A stretch of DNA of 64,000 nucleotides, from NCBI GenBank assembly GCA_965203905.1, contig CBDBDQ010000005.1, positions 2,752,001 through 2,816,000 on the forward strand, written 5' to 3'. Shown piece by piece: positions 1-9,604 of the stretch (position 1 is the stretch's first letter; each line of letters begins with the position of its first letter). Both the position numbers and the translations under genes were made by a program. Under the pieces are notes generated by a model. That model had not been told where the DNA came from, ran no database searches, and worked only from the letters and a program-made list of their open reading frames with translations. The stretch comes from Spirochaetia bacterium. Lineage in GTDB: Bacteria; Spirochaetota; Spirochaetia; SZUA-6; Bin103.

Positions 1-1
1 A

Positions 2-1276
2 TTCAGCCCCAACATTGCCCAGTGGTCGGGACTCGACGACTTGGGAATAGCATCGATAACCGCCACCGACCGGTATACGGTCGTCTTTACCCTGGAGCAG
101 CCCAACCTGCAGGTCCCTCGTGAAATCCTCTGGCCGTACCCAACGTGCATCATGCCGCCCGAGGTGATCGAGCAACACGGCGACGTTACCGACTGGACGA
201 ACCTGGTCGGCACCGGACCCTTCGAGCTGACCGACTGGGTGGAGGGCAGCTCGCTGAACTTCAAGAAGAATCCCAACTACTGGGGATTTGACGAGAAATA
301 CCCCGAGAACCGCTTGCCCTATGTTGACCGGTTGCAGGTGATGATCATGCCGGACGAGACCACACGTTTGGCGGCGCTGCGGACCGGCAAGGTCGATTAC
401 CTGGGTTACCTGCTCTACGCGCACGTAAAGAGCGTCAACACGATAGAGCAGCTCCAGCAGAGCAACCCCGATCTCCAGGTGTTTCCGTTCTACCGAGAGG
501 CCACCGGTATCGCTCTGTCCGCGCAGAACCCACCCTTCACCGACGTCAGGGTGCGCCACGCCATACAGATGGCACTGGACATCGACACAATAGCCAATAC
601 CTACTTCAAGGGTTGGTCATTGGGGCCGCCTCAGGGATTCCTGGGGGGTGGGCTGGTCGGGTTTGTTCCCGCATTCGAAGACTGGCCGGAAGAGATCAAG
701 CAATACTACACCTACGATCCGGCGGGGGCGGAAGCGTTGCTCGATGAGGCCGGCTATCCGCGCGGCGCCGACGGCATCCGCTTCAACGCTGGCATCGACT
801 TCCGCGACTTGTATGATCTTGGCCATTACGAGTTGGCCGTAGCCCAGCTTGGCGAGATCGGCGTTGAGGTAGAGCTGAAGCCAATGGATACGGGTACTTG
901 GGCCGGCCGTCTCCGGGAACATACCTATGATGGCATGACCTCGGAACACGTTGGGTTCGAGCACAGCATCGGCATGCTGGGACAGAACACCTCGGCCTCG
1001 ACGTGGAACCCCGCCGGTGTGCAAGACCCGGCGTATGACGCCCTGGCTGCAGCCGTCCTGTCCGCTGCTACCCAGGAGGAGCTGAGGGGGCGGGTTGAAG
1101 AGGCGTTCATGTACCTGACCGAGAACCATTGGCACGTATGGCTCGGGAGAGCGCCGCTGTTCTCCGTGGTTCAACCCTGGGTCATCGGCTACAACGGTGA
1201 AGTTGCGCAGGAGAGCGGGGTCATCCTGGGCCGCGTCTGGATTGACCAGGATATGAAAAAAGAGATGGGCTTCTAG
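2..1276 (+). CDS. Dpp/Opp-family (SBP_bac_5) solute-binding protein, cassette 1, 5'-truncated by the window edge
   Basis: Frame is open from base 2. Motifs VGTGPF, KNPNYWG, DVRVRHAIQMALD and AEALLDEAGY; paralog of 5082..6893 and 14124..15917. Confidence 0.93.
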   Translation, partial: FSPNIAQWSGLDDLGIASITATDRYTVVFTLEQPNLQVPREILWPYPTCIMPPEVIEQHGDVTDWTNLVGTGPFELTDWVEGSSLNFKKNPNYWGFDEKYPENRLPYVDRLQVMIMPDETTRLAALRTGKVDYLGYLLYAHVKSVNTIEQLQQSNPDLQVFPFYREATGIALSAQNPPFTDVRVRHAIQMALDIDTIANTYFKGWSLGPPQGFLGGGLVGFVPAFEDWPEEIKQYYTYDPAGAEALLDEAGYPRGADGIRFNAGIDFRDLYDLGHYELAVAQLGEIGVEVELKPMDTGTWAGRLREHTYDGMTSEHVGFEHSIGMLGQNTSASTWNPAGVQDPAYDALAAAVLSAATQEELRGRVEEAFMYLTENHWHVWLGRAPLFSVVQPWVIGYNGEVAQESGVILGRVWIDQDMKKEMGF

Positions 1277-1309
1277 GAAGCGCCAGCTCTACGGAAGAGT
1301 GGGTGTCAA

Positions 1310-1352
1310 GGGACCGGGAGGCTGTCGTTTGCGGACGCGCCTCCCGGCTCCC
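1310..1352 (+). terminator. Intergenic stem-loop between SBP and permease (attenuator or mRNA stabiliser)
   Basis: GGGACCGGGAGGC...GCCTCCCGGCTCCC; homologous hairpin at 6903..6946 with compensatory changes. Confidence 0.7.
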
Positions 1353-1384
1353 GCTGCCGGTAAACCAGCAATGACGAGTGTCAC

Positions 1385-2386
1385 ATGAGGGCGTACATCA
1401 TCCGGCGGTTGTTGCTGACCATCCCCACCCTGTTCCTATTGACCATCCTGGTCTTTCTCTCCGTTCGCTTTCTTCCCGGCGACGTCATAGACACCATGGT
1501 GTCCGAATCGTCGGTGTACGGGGACGTCATGGACCGTGCGGCGTTCGAGCGTATGCTGGGATTGGATGTGCCGGTATACGTGCAGTATGGACGCTGGATC
1601 GGCGTGCTCTCGACCCCTGACTGGCGTACCGGTGAGTCCCACTTCAGAGGTCTCCTGCAGGGCAGCCTCGGCCGCTCACTGGTGGGCGGCCGGTTGCCGG
1701 TGGAGCGGAAGATAGTCGGTCGATTGCCGGTGACCATCGAGCTCGGGGTCATGTCCATCATCCTCGGGCTGCTGATCGCGCTGCCGGTGGGCATCTACGC
1801 GGCGATTCGTCAGGACACGGCGGCCGACTACGCGGGTCGTTCGTTCGCCATCATCGGCCTGGCGACGCCCAACTTCTGGCTGGCGACCATGGTGATGATC
1901 TACCCGGTCGTCTGGTGGAGCTGGTCGCCACCGATGCAGTGGGTCAGGTTCACGGAAGACCCGCTGGAGAATCTGGGGGTGTTCATCATCCCCAGCCTGA
2001 TTGTGGGAACGGGCATGGCCGCTGCCACCATGCGGATGACGCGCACCATGATGCTGGAGGTGCTCAGGCAGGATTTTGTCAGGACCGCGTGGTCCAAGGG
2101 ACTGCGGGAGCGGGTCGTCGTCATGCGGCACGCCGTCAAGAATGCCCTGATCCCGGTGGTTACGCTGATCGGTCTGCAGTTGCCGATCGTGGTCGGCGGC
2201 GCCGTCATCATGGAGAACATCTTCAACCTGCCGGGACTGGGCCGGGTCATGGTGCTTGCTCTCAGTGAGCGAGACTACCCGGTGGTGTCGGGGATAAACC
2301 TGTTGTTCGCCGCCGCGGTCGTGGCGATCAATCTGCTGATCGATCTGCTCTATCCGTACCTGGACCCCAGGGTCCGCTATGCCTAG
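1385..2386 (+). CDS. ABC permease, DppB/OppB type
   Basis: MRAYIIRRLL N-terminus, multiple TM segments, EAA-like loop DFVRTAWSKGL, LDPRVRY C-terminus. Confidence 0.95.
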   Translation: MRAYIIRRLLLTIPTLFLLTILVFLSVRFLPGDVIDTMVSESSVYGDVMDRAAFERMLGLDVPVYVQYGRWIGVLSTPDWRTGESHFRGLLQGSLGRSLVGGRLPVERKIVGRLPVTIELGVMSIILGLLIALPVGIYAAIRQDTAADYAGRSFAIIGLATPNFWLATMVMIYPVVWWSWSPPMQWVRFTEDPLENLGVFIIPSLIVGTGMAAATMRMTRTMMLEVLRQDFVRTAWSKGLRERVVVMRHAVKNALIPVVTLIGLQLPIVVGGAVIMENIFNLPGLGRVMVLALSERDYPVVSGINLLFAAAVVAINLLIDLLYPYLDPRVRYA

Positions 2387-3314
2387 CAGTTCGAATACAG
2401 CCGGAGTTGCGCCACGGGCTGCCAGAGAACGGCAAAAGCCTGCTGCGTTCTTTGCCCGACTGTGGCGGGAGAAGCCACTGGGCAGCGCCTGCGGGATCAT
2501 CATACTGATACTGATTCTGGTCAGTATCCTGGCCGATGTTCTGGCTCCGTACGATCACATGGAACCACACCCGTCCGACATTCTGCAGGGCCCGTCAGCC
2601 AAGTATCTCCTGGGCACCGACTACGTGGGGCGGGACTTCTTGAGCCGCATCATCCACGGCGCCCGGCTGTCGTTGGCCGTCGGTCTGGCGGCGACCACGC
2701 TGAATGTTGTGGTCGCGGTGCTGATCGGCGGTACCTCTGGGTTCTTTGGCGGCAAGCTGGATCTGGCTGTGCAGCGATTCGTCGACGCCTGGATGGCGTT
2801 TCCCGGGCTGCTCCTGTTGCTGACCGTAATGTCGATCGTGGGGCGGGGCATGCTGCAGATCATCGTGGTCCTGGGGATAACGGGGGGCATCGTCGGCTCG
2901 AGAACGGTCAGAGGCGCCGTCATCGACATAAAGGAGAACACCTATTTCCACGCGGCACAGTCGATCGGCTCCGCCGGATGGCGAACCTTCATTCGCCACG
3001 TGCTGCCCAATATCGCGCCGGTGGTTATCGTCATATTCACCATCAACATCGGCGGTGTGATCATCAGTGAGGCGTCGTTGAGCTTTCTCGGCTTCGGTCT
3101 GCCGCCGAGCGTGCCGAGCTGGGGCGCCATGCTGAGCCGGGAAGGGCGCCAGTTCATGGAGATTGCCCCATGGCTGGCGCTCTGGCCAGGTCTGTGCCTG
3201 ACTGTCGTGGTGTACAGCCTGAACATGTTCGGCGACGCGCTGCGCGATCTGCTCGATCCCCGGCTGCACGGCGGCGCCGGCCGTCTCGACGCCCGCGGCT
3301 CATCTCCCGGCTGA
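2379..3314 (+). CDS. ABC permease, DppC/OppC type
   Basis: LLGTDYVGRD, RHVLPN, EASLSFLGFG, GDALRDLLDPR. Confidence 0.95.
   Translation: MPSSSNTAGVAPRAARERQKPAAFFARLWREKPLGSACGIIILILILVSILADVLAPYDHMEPHPSDILQGPSAKYLLGTDYVGRDFLSRIIHGARLSLAVGLAATTLNVVVAVLIGGTSGFFGGKLDLAVQRFVDAWMAFPGLLLLLTVMSIVGRGMLQIIVVLGITGGIVGSRTVRGAVIDIKENTYFHAAQSIGSAGWRTFIRHVLPNIAPVVIVIFTINIGGVIISEASLSFLGFGLPPSVPSWGAMLSREGRQFMEIAPWLALWPGLCLTVVVYSLNMFGDALRDLLDPRLHGGAGRLDARGSSPG
2383..2425. mobile_element. Internally deleted copy of the 17984..18148 MITE
   Basis: CTAGCAG followed by TCGAATACAGCCGGAGTTGCGCCACGGGCTGCCAG, matching the right arm at ~18114..18148. Confidence 0.6.
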
Positions 3315-3488
3315 CCCGTGGTCGATGGCCCGGGAGCCTGCGTTGCCGTTGAACGGCCCCTGGTACGCCGAGCGCCCGATAGGCGAGGGCCGGATTGCGA
3401 ATGTGCACTTCAAGACAGAGACCGCGCACGGCAAACCACCGTGGTGGTGCTCGCCGTTTCGTTCGCCTACGTGATGTAGCGGGCGAGG

Positions 3489-4457
3489 TCAGCCGCCAGA
3501 TGATCGGCGGAGCGCGGCAAGGAAATCGGCCTCATCGGCGCAGCCGAGGGCCGCTGTCAGCAGCGCCGCCTCCGACGCCGTGGCGAACGCCTCCGCATCC
3601 GCAGAGAAACCCTCCGACACCGCAATGCCCCGCGACTGCAGAATCTGGCGGACCATCCGTGCACGACCTTGCGCCAAGCCGCGCTCGAACCCCTGGCGCC
3701 GTTGCGAGCGCAGCAGCGGGTCGTCGTCCGGGCCGGTGCCTTCGCGCGCGCCGAGCGCCGCGGCAACCCGCTCCACGGCCGCGCTCGTTTGCGCTGACGG
3801 CACCGGTTCGTTCAGCGCCAGGTGAATCTCTTCGGCCTGCCAGCCGGGAAACGCCCGGCTCGCAGCCGCAACCCGGAACCGGCCACGCTCCAGCAGATGG
3901 ATCGTCAGCCCCGAGGGGCGCCGGTGCGGACGGCTCGGGGACGGCGCGTCCGGCACCTCCACCCACACTTCCGGGAATCCCCACGATTCGTACAGCGCGA
4001 GCTTGCCGCGGTGGACGTCGGTGGTGTGATCCACCTCCAGCACCACGTCGGGAAAGTCGTCCTCGCCCACCACCATGGCTGCGGGCCCCGGCTTGGCCCG
4101 CTCCGGATGCAGGTACACCGACTCGTCGGCCTGCATGATGCGCCGCGGTTCGCCGCCGGAGTCGCGCAGCAGCAGGTCCATCGAGCCGTACGATTCGATC
4201 GGCGAGCCGCGCACTCCCGCGATCCGCTCGGCCAGGCGCGTCACCAGGCGCGACGGCCGCTCGTGATAGGGAGTGGTGGGGTCGCAGATCCAGGCGGTCT
4301 CGGTGGCCGCATCCCAATACTCGAGCCGCCCCTCGAAGCGCTCGATCTCGGTGCGCGGCAGGTGCACCGGCTTGCAGCCGGGGAACGCCGGCGGCTGGGC
4401 GTGCCGGGGTTGGGCTGCCGCGTGGCGCCCGGATGGCGGTGCTTCGGTGCTGGCCAT
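3489..4457 (-). CDS. Uma2-family (DUF820, PD-(D/E)XK) endonuclease
   Basis: QADESVYL, PDVVLEVDHT, KLALYESWGFPEVW. The start at ATG 4457 is supported by a leaderless promoter. Confidence 0.85.
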   Translation of the reverse strand: MASTEAPPSGRHAAAQPRHAQPPAFPGCKPVHLPRTEIERFEGRLEYWDAATETAWICDPTTPYHERPSRLVTRLAERIAGVRGSPIESYGSMDLLLRDSGGEPRRIMQADESVYLHPERAKPGPAAMVVGEDDFPDVVLEVDHTTDVHRGKLALYESWGFPEVWVEVPDAPSPSRPHRRPSGLTIHLLERGRFRVAAASRAFPGWQAEEIHLALNEPVPSAQTSAAVERVAAALGAREGTGPDDDPLLRSQRRQGFERGLAQGRARMVRQILQSRGIAVSEGFSADAEAFATASEAALLTAALGCADEADFLAALRRSSGG

Positions 4458-4463
4458 GACGCC

Positions 4464-4492
4464 ATGGTAGGCCATCTCGCGCGCGCATGCAA
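4464..4492 (-). promoter_or_regulatory. Leaderless sigma70-type promoter of uma2
   Basis: TTGCAT-N17-TACCAT, 6 nt upstream of the ATG, no Shine-Dalgarno. Confidence 0.65.
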
Positions 4493-4538
4493 ACCGAACG
4501 TTCCAGATCCGCCAGAGCCGGGAAGCGTAAACGTGCAA

Positions 4539-4567
4539 TTGACAGTGCGCGGCGGGCGGTGCACAGT
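4539..4567 (+). promoter_or_regulatory. Sigma70-type promoter of Dpp cassette 2
   Basis: TTGACA-N17-CACAGT; conserved at 13683..13711 as TTGACA-N17-CATAGT. Confidence 0.7.
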
Positions 4568-4652
4568 AGAGCGATCAGGGACTCTTGCCTCATGCCGACG
4601 ACGCTCGACCATAGCACTCAGCGCTGTCACCAGTTGACGCAGTTGGTTACGT

Positions 4653-4672
4653 CCCCCCCCCCCCCCCCCCCC
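4653..4672 (+). repeat. C20 homopolymer
   Basis: 20 consecutive C residues. Confidence 0.9.
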
Positions 4673-5081
4673 GGCAACTCTTTATACAATAATCCATTAA
4701 CACTAACCGCCCCGGCTGATCGTCCCGTACGCGACCTCGCGTTCGCCGTCGCTTTCACCACCGCCGTAGCTATGGCTGGCGCCGCCTCGATCCATCGCCG
4801 AACCGGCATGCGGGCCGCCCGCCACGCGCAGCCCACCCGACAAATACGGCAAGCACCCGGACCAGGGCCTACGGGCCTACCTACAGAAATGGAGGTGCAA
4901 AATGATACTCAAAGAACCGCACCACGCGCGCGGCCCGAGTTCATAACGCTCATGCCGCGCGCGTGACCACCAGGGATTGCCACCGCTGTCTGGACGCCTG
5001 CGTTGCGGGCGCGAGAGTGGCAGGGAAAAGGCAACTCGCTCGGAGAGCACTCTCAGAATCTCAGATATGGGAGAGATCAGT

Positions 5082-6893
5082 ATGATTCTTCCCAGAATAA
5101 GAATCGCACACACTTTCGTGTTTGTGCTCGTGTTCGCCCTGACTGCCACCGGTGTCTGGGCCAGTCCGGCCGGCGAAGAGGAGCCGGCAGCCGCTGCCGA
5201 CAAGAAGTACGTGACCGACCCCACCACCGGCAAGGTGGTGGTGGCGCCACAGTACGGCGGGATACTAACCGCTGGGCATACTCAGGCCGGTAGTACTGGG
5301 GCTCCTAATGACCCCTATTTCGGCAATCCGTGGGGCCCAGGGGCGGCCGTCAATGAGAGGCTTGGTATCGGGAACTGGGGAATAGATAGAGACGTATTTG
5401 ACTTCAAAGCGGTCTACCTACCTCTGTCTGCCCTAACGGGGAGGCTGGCTGAAAGCTGGGATATTTCTCCGGACGGCCTCACCTATACCTTCAACATCCG
5501 CCAGGGCGTTAACTGGCAGAACAAGGCACCGATGAACGGGAGAGAATTCACTGCGGATGATGTCGTATTCAACTTTCACCGCTATCTGGGTCTGGGCGAC
5601 TTCACCGAAGCCGGACCTAGCACCTGGGTTGGCGCTGCCAACTTCATCTCCATACCATTCGAATCGGTAACGGCCACCGATAAATACACGGTTGTGATGA
5701 AGCTGAAGGAGCCAAATCTCACTGCGCTGGAGCTTATCCTCAACGACCGTGCTGTTGCAATATTGCCCCCCGAGGTAATCGAGCAATACGGCGACATGCA
5801 GGATTGGAGGAACGTGGTCGGCACGGGACCCTTTATGGTGACTGATGTCGTCGAGGAGAGCAGCATCACCTGGACCAAGAATCCTGACTACTGGGGCTAT
5901 GACGAGAAGTACCCGCAGAACCGCTTGCCCTACGTTGACCAGTTTCGGCGGCTGGTTATTCCAGAGGAAGGAACAATGATGGCGGCACTACGCTCAGGCA
6001 AGCTTGATTTCAGAATGTTTGCCCCTTCAGATATCGACTCGATAGAGAGCCTGCAGCGGACCAACCCCGAAGTCGAGGTGCACCCGATCTATTTTCGGTC
6101 GAGTGATTCTTTTGCTCCTAACCATCGCGTGCCGCCCTTTGACGACATCAACGTGCGTCGCGCCCTGCAGATGGCGCTGGACAACGAGACCGTTGCGGGT
6201 ACGTACTGGAAGGGTTGGGCAGATCCGACACCTCACGGGCTGGTAGGGTTGCAAGGGTATTTCATCCCCTTCGAGGAATGGGACGAAGAGGTCAAGCAAT
6301 ACTACCGGTATGACCCGGAAGCTGCCGAGAAGCTCCTTGATGAGGCTGGGTATCCGCGCGGCGCCGACGGCATTAGATTCAAGGCCGCCCTGAATTATAC
6401 GGAATCGGCAAGCTTGGATTTTGCAGAAATAGCTTCCGCCTACTGGGCTGAGATTGGCGTCGATTTTGAGATTGCGCCGGGTTCCAGCTACGCCGAATAT
6501 ACCGAGAGAATAGGCTCGGGTACCTGGGAAGGCATGCACAGTCAAATTGCGGGCGCCGCTTATGCCCCTCTCCTGATGGCAAGCTGGTATCACTCGGACG
6601 GGGCATTGAACCGCGGCGGATCCCAGTGGCCTGAGATGGACGCCATGGTTGACGCCGTCCGAGCCGCTACTACCAACGAGGAGCAGAAGATGCTGATAAA
6701 AGAGCTGGATATGTACGCGATAGAGAAGCACTGGCTGATATATGCTCCCAAAACTGCGTTTATTCATTATGCCCAGCCGTGGGTCATAGGCTATAGCGGT
6801 GAATTTCCAAATGCTTTGGGCCAGTCAGAAACCTATACCGTCTTTGCCCGCCTCTGGATTGATAGTGAGCTGAAGGAGGCAATGGGTTATTAG
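5082..6893 (+). CDS. Dpp/Opp-family solute-binding protein, cassette 2
   Basis: Signal peptide, PQYGG, GRLAESW, VGTGPF; GGAGAG Shine-Dalgarno before ATG 5082. Confidence 0.95.
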   Translation: MILPRIRIAHTFVFVLVFALTATGVWASPAGEEEPAAAADKKYVTDPTTGKVVVAPQYGGILTAGHTQAGSTGAPNDPYFGNPWGPGAAVNERLGIGNWGIDRDVFDFKAVYLPLSALTGRLAESWDISPDGLTYTFNIRQGVNWQNKAPMNGREFTADDVVFNFHRYLGLGDFTEAGPSTWVGAANFISIPFESVTATDKYTVVMKLKEPNLTALELILNDRAVAILPPEVIEQYGDMQDWRNVVGTGPFMVTDVVEESSITWTKNPDYWGYDEKYPQNRLPYVDQFRRLVIPEEGTMMAALRSGKLDFRMFAPSDIDSIESLQRTNPEVEVHPIYFRSSDSFAPNHRVPPFDDINVRRALQMALDNETVAGTYWKGWADPTPHGLVGLQGYFIPFEEWDEEVKQYYRYDPEAAEKLLDEAGYPRGADGIRFKAALNYTESASLDFAEIASAYWAEIGVDFEIAPGSSYAEYTERIGSGTWEGMHSQIAGAAYAPLLMASWYHSDGALNRGGSQWPEMDAMVDAVRAATTNEEQKMLIKELDMYAIEKHWLIYAPKTAFIHYAQPWVIGYSGEFPNALGQSETYTVFARLWIDSELKEAMGY

Positions 6894-6902
6894 AGAAAGA
6901 AA

Positions 6903-6946
6903 GGGAGCTGGGAGGCTGTCGCCTGCAGGCGCGCTTCCCAGCTCCC
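6903..6946 (+). terminator. Intergenic stem-loop after SBP 2
   Basis: GGGAGCTGGGAGGC...GCTTCCCAGCTCCC. Confidence 0.7.
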
Positions 6947-7003
6947 AACGAGATTGCCACGCCTCCATGAATCCAGGCTCGCAATGACGGGGAGTAATGT
7001 GAC

Positions 7004-8011
7004 ATGAGAGCCTATCTCATCAGGAGGTTATTGCTCATAATTCCCACCTTGTTTATCTTGAGCATCCTGGTCTTTCTCTCGGTCCGCTTCATCCCGGGCG
7101 ATGTAATAGACACAATGGCGGCTAGGATGGCAGAGACGGGGGCGCTGGCATTCAAGATTGATCGTGAAGCTCTAGAGCAAATGCTGGGATTAGACGTGCC
7201 TGTCTACGTGCAGTATGGACGCTGGACAGGGGTGTCGCCAACCCCCGACTTTGTTACCAAGGAGTCTCACTTCAACGGTCTCCTCCAGGGCAGCCTTGGT
7301 GAATCACTGATGAGCTCTTTTACGGTAGAAGAGAAGATAATGGGCAGATTGCCAGTAACCATTCAGCTTGGTGTCATGGCAATCGTAATTGGGCTCGTGA
7401 TAGCGCTTCCGGTCGGCATCTACTCGGCGATGCGCCAGGATACCGCCGCCGACTACCTGGGGCGCTCGATCGCCATCCTCGGCCTGGCAACTCCCAACTT
7501 CTGGCTGGGACTTTTGGTCGTGCTCTACCCCGCCATCTGGTGGGGCTGGTCGCCGCCGATGGAGCTGATTCCTCTTGCCGAAGACCCGCTGGGGAATCTC
7601 CGGATGTTTCTCATTCCCAGCTTGATTGTGGGCACGGCCTCGGCTGCCGCCACCATGCGGATGACGCGCACCATGATGCTGGAGGTGCTCAGGCAAGACT
7701 ATATCAGGACCGCCTGGGCCAAGGGTCTCAGGGAGCGGGTGGTCGTCATGCGGCACGCCGTCAAGAACGCACTCATCCCGGTGGTTACCCTGATCGGCCT
7801 GCAGTTGCCGATCCTGATCGGTGGCTCGGTCATCATGGAGAACATATTCAACCTGCCGGGGTTGGGTCGTCTCATGGTGGTTGCGCTGAAAGATCGAGAC
7901 TATCCGGTGGTCTCCGGGGTCAACCTGTTCTTCGCCACCGCGGTGGTGCTGTTCAATCTCCTGATCGACCTGCTCTATTCCTGGCTGGACCCGAGGGTGC
8001 GGTATGAATGA
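7004..8011 (+). CDS. ABC permease, DppB type
   Basis: Close paralog of 1385..2386. Confidence 0.95.
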   Translation: MRAYLIRRLLLIIPTLFILSILVFLSVRFIPGDVIDTMAARMAETGALAFKIDREALEQMLGLDVPVYVQYGRWTGVSPTPDFVTKESHFNGLLQGSLGESLMSSFTVEEKIMGRLPVTIQLGVMAIVIGLVIALPVGIYSAMRQDTAADYLGRSIAILGLATPNFWLGLLVVLYPAIWWGWSPPMELIPLAEDPLGNLRMFLIPSLIVGTASAAATMRMTRTMMLEVLRQDYIRTAWAKGLRERVVVMRHAVKNALIPVVTLIGLQLPILIGGSVIMENIFNLPGLGRLMVVALKDRDYPVVSGVNLFFATAVVLFNLLIDLLYSWLDPRVRYE

Positions 8012-8891
8012 GGCGCGCGGCCAGTTTGCCGATTTCTTCGGCAGGTTGTGGCGGCAGAAGCCCCTGGGCATCGCCAGCGGGATCGTCATCTTGATCCTGA
8101 TTCTGTTGGCGATCTTCGCCGATGCTCTGGCCCCCTATCCCGTCGATCAACTGAACCTGGCAGAAAGGCTGCAGGGCTCATCGACCCGCCATCTGCTGGG
8201 GACCGACCAGTTGGGCCGCGACCAGTTGAGCCGGCTGCTGGTCGGGGCACGGATCTCGCTGGTCGTTGGTCTGGCGGCGACCACGCTGAACGTGGTGGTC
8301 GCCACCCTGATCGGTGGCACCTCCGGATTCCTCGGGGGCAAGCTGGACCTGGCCGTGCAGCGGTTCGTCGATGCCTGGATGGCGTTCCCGGGGCTGCTGC
8401 TGTTGCTCACGATCATGTCGGTTGCGGGGCAGGGTCTGCCACAGATCATCGTGGTGCTGGGGATCGCCGGTGGCGTGGGCGGCTCGCGCGTGGTCAGAGG
8501 CGCGGTGGTGGCCACCAAGGAGAACGATTTTTTTCTGGCCGCCCGGGCGGTCGGCGCGCCGACGCGACAGGTCCTGGTGCGCCACGTCCTGCCCAACATC
8601 GTCGCGCCGCTGATCATCGTCTTCAGCATCAACGTCGGCGGCGTCATTCTGGCCGAGGCGAGCTTGAGCTTTCTCGGGTTCGGGCTGCCCGTCAGTGTCC
8701 CCAGCTGGGGAGGGATGCTCAGCCGGGAGGGGCGGCGGTTCATGGAGCAGGCGCCGTGGCTGGCGCTGTGGCCCGGGCTGTGCCTGACGATTGTGGTGTA
8801 CAGCTTCAACATGTTGGGTGATGCGATGCGGGACCTGCTCGATCCGCGGCTGCGCGGCGGGGGGCGTCTGGCTGCCGGCGGCGCCACGTAG
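8004..8891 (+). CDS. ABC permease, DppC type
   Basis: Close paralog of 2379..3314; overlaps the dppB stop. Confidence 0.95.
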   Translation: MNEARGQFADFFGRLWRQKPLGIASGIVILILILLAIFADALAPYPVDQLNLAERLQGSSTRHLLGTDQLGRDQLSRLLVGARISLVVGLAATTLNVVVATLIGGTSGFLGGKLDLAVQRFVDAWMAFPGLLLLLTIMSVAGQGLPQIIVVLGIAGGVGGSRVVRGAVVATKENDFFLAARAVGAPTRQVLVRHVLPNIVAPLIIVFSINVGGVILAEASLSFLGFGLPVSVPSWGGMLSREGRRFMEQAPWLALWPGLCLTIVVYSFNMLGDAMRDLLDPRLRGGGRLAAGGAT

Positions 8892-9367
8892 CCAGCGCGA
8901 CGCACCCCATGCGGCTCCCTAGTCGTGATGTCCCGCAGGTGGGTCTTGCCCGAGATGTTTTGCGCTCGATCACTCCGCCGCCGGCCGTCTTCGGCTGCGC
9001 GGCCCCGCCCTGCCGACCCGTGCGTGTGCGGCCGACCGGCAACCCGCGGGTCACGCCGATTACTTTGAGAGGCGCTCGGCTGAGTATTGATTTCCGCACT
9101 GGTCTCCTTACGCTGACCTGACACTGATGGCACATGGGCCAGCCCATTGCGGCACAGCCTGAAGACATACCGATGCGGCGCTACCCGCGCCTCGCTGGGA
9201 TGTCCGCCGTGAGGCAGACGTGGGCGGTGAACGGCCTGCGGCCGGCCACATCGCCGGCGAATGACGCCTCTGGTAGGGGCGATGCGGCGCCCTGAGGGGG
9301 CTCTCGGCTGCCGCGGCTGCCCAAATCTGGGGACGCGCCTGGATCGGAGTGGACCGCGGCGAGCTTG

Positions 9368-9500
9368 CAGGCCGAGCGGATCCTGAATGAGAAGCGTCGC
9401 CATCGCGAAAGCTCATTCGACGCCCATCCGACCCCCGGAGCGGGTCTCACTCACCTGGATCTGCGCTACTTCGAGGACGAATACCTACCGCGGGCGATTG
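9368..9500 (+). pseudogene. Internal fragment of an AlbA/Schlafen-HATPase-type protein
   Basis: ERILNEKRRHRESSFDAHP...LDLRYFEDEYLPRA resembles the linker of that family (recalled similarity); no N- or C-terminal domains present. Confidence 0.45.
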
Positions 9501-9604
9501 TGGATGAACACTGGTTCGACGGCCCGAACAGCCGTTCCGGCGTGACGCTACTCTCCCAATCGGTGTATGCTGTGATCATCCGGGGTGGATGAGGTGATGA
9601 CGGC

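Larger units (their letters stand above)
4429..5081 (+). repeat. Duplicated promoter plus long leader, copy 1
   Basis: Block-wise homologous to 13566..14123; near-identical from ~4575 to 4650. Confidence 0.85.

Noticed and set aside
4496-4503. GAACGTTC palindrome (also at ~13633) as a LexA box
   Set aside because: It lacks the 4-nt spacer of GAAC-N4-GTTC. It may be another operator, but none can be assigned.
8919-9126. Possible IS/MITE ends (CTAGTCGTGATGTC... / ...GACCTGACACTGA)
   Set aside because: The inverted match is too poor, there is no second copy in the window and no transposase.
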